From assembly GCF_009914755.1 (NCBI RefSeq), contig NC_060926.1: DNA of 64,000 bases. One strand, 5' to 3'. Source of the stretch: the human T2T-CHM13v2.0 reference genome, Homo sapiens. This document shows positions 56,609 to 64,000 of the stretch, one piece after another (within the stretch, counting starts at the first letter, position 1; each line of letters begins with the position of its first letter). Below the pieces are notes generated by a model, which made no database searches, was not told the origin of the DNA, and was given only the letters and a program-made list of their open reading frames with translations. Made by a program: the position numbers and the translations under genes.

Positions 56609-58893
56609 TAGCTCCGGCCGGCACGTCCCGGCCACTGCCCCTGCGGGTGGCGAGGGAGGGAGCCCGCAGAGGCCGAGGCCTGTGCTTGCCCTTCGCCATG
56701 CGTCCCCCCGATCGCGGTGCAGCGGAGCTGCGACCCGGTGCCTGCGCGCCTGCCCCATGCCTTCCAGGGAAATCGCCTTTAATATTCTTGTGTATTTTCC
56801 TATCCCCACTTCCATATTCCCACCCCACCCCCCTTTACGGGGTGAAAAAGACATATTGGGTGTGGTATCTTGACATTTTTAGCTGTGAGGTAATGCAACG
56901 ATTAAAAATAATATTTTAATCACCAGTGAACAGTGCTTATTATGAGATCTCTGGAAACAGACCTGTAGATTTTTAAAATTATTATTATAAAGAAGCGGTT
57001 TTGGCTTATAGTAAAAAGAACATCAACTAGAGAACACACACTTGAACCTTATTTTGAAATTTAGATCACTCTGGGAATCCATGTTCCTTTCATTATTCAG
57101 AAATGTTACCGAATGAATAGAATAAATGTTGAGGAAGCCAGAACTGTGAGATTCTTGATATATTGTATTATACGGTTTGATAACTTTACTGTTAGTCATC
57201 TGGCATCTATCTATTGGCTTTGCTGTCGAGACAACTTTGACCTGACATTAGACTTCTAGGAGATTTGACTCCGAAAGTTCTTTGACATTTCACTAAAGTC
57301 TAAAGGGTGGTAGTCATCCTTTCCTTTGGATATTTTCATTTCAGTTCTCAGAAACCTTAGGAAAAAGACCTTATCTTCTATTTGCAACTATTTTTTCAAG
57401 CAGCCTTTTGGTGATTTGCTTTTAGAAATTTTCAGGAGTGAATTCTACATATAACTCGTACACTTGGTTTATGATGGGCAAATGGATTGTGCTTTTAAAA
57501 CGAGTAAAGGACCAAATGACCCTTTCGAATTACTTTTTTTCTTTTGATAAGTGTGTTTCACATTAAACAAATTTCTCATTGCTATGTTAGATACAGAGGT
57601 TACTTGCTTATTTTCATTTTGAAAGTCTGATCTAGGAAAATGCCGAAGAAAATTTGAAGTTTCCTTTTATGCTTTTGCTATTGTTGAATAATGTCTACTG
57701 TTGATTAATGTCTGTTAAATTGATGATAAATCTATATGGTTCTGTTAAAATAATTTGAACTTCTGAGTTTACTTTAAAACTGATATTTTAATATTTTTAA
57801 TAATTGTAGTTGCTTTCAGAGTAAAAATGATTTTTCTCTAAATTTCTTTATATTGTGTTAGCTATTTAAATTCTCTAGCCATAAGCCATGTGGTTCCTGT
57901 AAAATATGGAGTAAAAGGCCTTAAACGTTCCATGAGCAGAAATCTCAGAACATAGGCTTTTCAATGTTATTTGTTATTCTTAACCTTTTTAGAATATAGA
58001 TTCTCATTTATGATGACGTGCTCATAATATTGTGATCAGAACTGATAAAAGTAAGAGAAAAAGCATTTATTTAAAAATAAACTTAATTTTTGTTTGGTAA
58101 TACAATCATCTTAGAATAGTGTCTCTTAAAAGGGAGAGAGTAAAAGAATCACTGCTTAAAAGTGGTTGTAGTCTTTTTTTTCTTTGGTATTGCATAGCAC
58201 CAGATGACAAAATTTGTGAAGCTGGATTTCAGACCTGTAACAGTAATGATAATAGCTAGTATTTATTAAGTGCCTGCCATGCACCATCAGCTATTCAAAT
58301 AACTTTACATATATTTTTTCATTTCGTCTTCATGACAATTCTATGTTGTAGGTTATTATCATTCCCCTTTTCCATAGAGGGAGAGTAAAGTACAGAGAAT
58401 TTGAATAACTCACCACACAGTCAGTAAATTATGGAGCCAGGATTATAGTGTGCGCCCTCACATACCACATTAATGGTAACAGCAGCACTAGCAGCAACAA
58501 CTTCTCATCTTATTGGATATATGAGATGGAGTAATTAGCCTTCACCAGATCAACCTTTGTAAAGAAGCAGGGACACTTACAAGGTGTTAGTGCAGCAGTG
58601 GTTATGCAAATGTCGTAGTTCTGAACATGTAAAACTTTGCTTGGCCTAATATTGAAGTGGCTAGTGCAGCTTCATTAAGTGCAAGCTGATTAGAGAGGGC
58701 CTGTGTGGATTTGGGTTACACAGATGCAGTGATGTTAACTCGACAGGCGCAAATGGTGCAGCTGAACAGGAAAATAAATCCTAGAAGACTGATTGATAGC
58801 ACATCCTTTTTCGGGGTCATGGATAAATCATTTCTTTTGATTCCCTCTTTCTCACTTATTGAGTTCTTGGACTCCTTAATTCTTAGAACATTT

Positions 58894-58929
<36 letters not shown>

Positions 58930-59504
58930 TTTTGTTCAGACAGAGTATCACTCTGTCGCCCAGGCTGGAGTGCAGTGGCACGACCCTGGCTCACCACAAC
59001 TTCCGCCTCCCAGGCGCAAGTGGTTCTCCTGCCTCAGCCTCCAGACTAGCTGAGATTACGGGAGCCCACCACCATGCCCAGCTAATTTATTTTTATTTTT
59101 TGTATTTTTAGTGGAGACGGGGTTTCACCATTTTGGCAGGGTGGTTTCGAACTCCTGACCTCGTGATCCACCTGCCTCGGCCTCCCAAAGTGCTGGGATT
59201 ACAGGCATGAGCCACCACACCCCGCCTAATTCTTAGAACATTTTCTATGCCCCCCCCCAAAAAAAAAAACAACTTATGAAAAATAAGATGTGCTGGCTTG
59301 GTTTATGAATGAATTCTTAATAAAAGAATACAACACAGCTATTATTTAAAGGTCAACTTCTGTAATGCGTTTTAAATAATTCACTTGATTAGATTGCAAT
59401 TTTACATACATCTCTTGAGGAACACACACATTATATAAAGTAAGATTAATCTAATGTTAGTGAATATTACTGAGTAACTGAAGTTTAGTAATCTTCATTT
59501 TAGT

Positions 59505-60254
<750 letters not shown>

Positions 60255-61068
60255 TGATCTGCCTGCCTCTGCCTCCGAAAGTGCTGGGATTATAGGCATG
60301 AGCCACCACGCCTGGGCTGGATTTCTTAAATATGGTGATTCAGTGACATTTTGCTGTGTAATTATTGGCAACCACAAAATCTTAGTGGCATGCAACAATA
60401 GGCATTTATTCTGCTCCATGTGTCTCTTTCTGGGGTCCAGGCTAGAGGGAGAAGTAACATCTATCTGGGGGAGGCTTGTGTCATGGCATTGGCAGAAGTG
60501 CAAGAGGCCAAGCCCAACCCTACCAGCACATTTCCAGACTCTGCTCTCCTAACATCCCATTGGCTGACCGAGTCATATGGCTAGGCTAAGCTCAGAAACA
60601 AGAGGTATCAAAGTACACTTTGCCTATGATGAGGCTAATGTAATATTTGGATATATAGTACTATTGCAGAAGAACGAAGAATTGAAATTCTCAGTAGACC
60701 ACATATAACCAGTAAGATGGTCCAGAAGGGAGGCTTTTCTTACCCTTTGAAGAGGGCCAACCTCTTAATTAGTTTTTTGCATTAAAATGATATAAACTTT
60801 GGTCTCTACAAAAGCTATTCTGGCATGTGGGATGATGTGATAGTAGTGGTATTGATGTGGATGAGTAGTGAGGTGAGAGATAACTGTTCACACAAGACAA
60901 AACCTTTCCTTCATTAAAGGCCAGTTTTTTTTTTAACAAAAAGAGAAGAAATTGAATATTGATCTCTAATGGGTAAATTCTAACCATTAAAAAAATACTG
61001 AGTGGAATCTGTGTGAATCAGTTAATTTTATAATTGGCCACACCACTTATTTTGGCACCTACTCATAG

Positions 61069-61308
<240 letters not shown>

Positions 61309-61386
61309 TAGCCAGGCCGGTCTCGAACTCCTGATCTTGTGATCCACCTGCCCTGGCCTCCCAAAGTGCTGGGATTACAGGTGTGA

Positions 61387-61530
<144 letters not shown>

Positions 61531-62430
61531 TGACCAGGTATCAGTTTTATGTATTTGCCTTGTCCTTCCTGCTGATAATTGCTTCCAGAGGACAGTATTC
61601 ATGTCTGATTAGTTTTATAATTTAGTAGACATTTAAGAAATACTTAGTGAATGAATAATAAATAGGAATTTCAACCAGGAATATTCTAGGGTTGTTTATT
61701 GACTCAAATAACACACCAATAACTTTTTCTTTGTCCTAGTTCCTTCAACTATAAAGTATGTAGTTTAAGAGGTATAGTGGGAAGACCACTGTTGGGAGTT
61801 AATGAGACCTAGATTCTATATGATTCCGGGCAAATAGGTTACTTAACATAGTTTTCTTACTTGTAATAATATGGGGTTGTACTTGATCATTTTGAAATAC
61901 AGATTCATGGGTACCCCACTAGACCTACTGAATCCAAATCTCTGGACAACGAGCCTGGGAATCTGCCTTTGATGCCCTCATCAGCCAGTAAATTTTAGGT
62001 ACCTTTGAGAACTACTGGATCTAAGATTCTTTCTAACTCTCAAGTTCTATAACTTTATTTCTACTTTTTGTGGTAATTACTACTTAATCTATATCTTTTA
62101 TTGCTTAATCTGGTAAACATTAGGAACAAACATTTCTTAATTTGTGCATTAAGCAATTACCCAAAATCTTTTCCTTTTAAAAATTTGCAGTGTGGCCTGG
62201 GCGAAGTGGCTTACTCTGTAATCCTGGCACTTGGGGAGGCCAAGGCAGGCGGATCACTTGAGGTCAGGATTTCGAGACCAGCCCTGCTGTACAAAAAATA
62301 CAAAAATTTGGCTGGGAGCTGTGGCTCACACCTATAATCCCAGCACTTTGGGAAGCCAAGGCGGGCTGATAACCTGAGGTCAGGAGTTTGAGACCAGCCT
62401 GACTAACGTGGTGAAACCCCGTCTCTACTA

Positions 62431-63179
<749 letters not shown>

Positions 63180-63528
63180 TTACTCCAGCCTTGGCAAAAG
63201 AGTGAAACTCCATCTCAAAAAACAAAACAAAACAAAAAAACACTGATATGAAAGATTATATGCATGCCTAGAATCACAATGCCCAACACTGTACCTTAAC
63301 CCTGCCTTGTGCATCAGTAACGTTTAAAATACATTACCCAAATTATCAAGATATAGTGCAAAATGTGTGCAATCATTCACGTCTTAAATGTGTCGACGGT
63401 GGACTTGGTGGAAAAATTATGAGACATGATAAAGTATTGTGCCAGAGGCATTGGCCTAAGAATTTTAGATGGAGTTAGGTATTTGGGACAGTTAGGTATT
63501 TGATCCACATCTCTTTCTGGAAGGTTAG

Positions 63529-63783
<255 letters not shown>

Positions 63784-64000
63784 TAGCTGGGATTACAGGC
63801 ATGCACTACCACACCCAGCTAATTTTGTATTTGTAGTAGAGACGGGGTTTCTCCATGCTGGTCAGGCTGGTCTCGAACTCCCGACCTCAGGTAATCTGCC
63901 TGCCTCAGCCTCCCAGAGTGCTGGGATTACAGACGTGAGCCACCGCACCTGGCCAAGAAATTTCAGTTTCTTAAAACCAGATCTCACTTCCCCTTTCTCC

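Overview
Human or great-ape genomic DNA: about 55 kb of extremely Alu-dense sequence (roughly 100 Alu/FLAM/FRAM segments by eye count) upstream of BMPR2, then the BMPR2 CpG-island promoter, a long GC-rich 5'UTR with a (GGC)16 repeat and six uORFs, coding exon 1 (56528-56603, signal peptide [25 protein letters not shown]) and the start of intron 1. The upstream region holds L1-mobilised retrocopies of four cellular RNA classes: a full-length PIMREG/FAM64A processed pseudogene, two 7SL copies, a BC200 copy and a 28S rRNA fragment. It also holds LTRs (MSTA, MLT2, MER39-like, MER41A, MLT1), MER2/MER44 DNA transposons and L1/L2/MIR relics. Almost all ORFs in the supplied track are Alu or microsatellite artefacts. 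I see no convincing new multi-gene system. The best leads are regulatory: the BMPR2 5'UTR architecture, and a perfect TCTCGCGAGA (BANP-type) motif in a CpG-retaining patch about 9.5 kb upstream. Family and subfamily calls come from recalled consensus sequences, not from searches.
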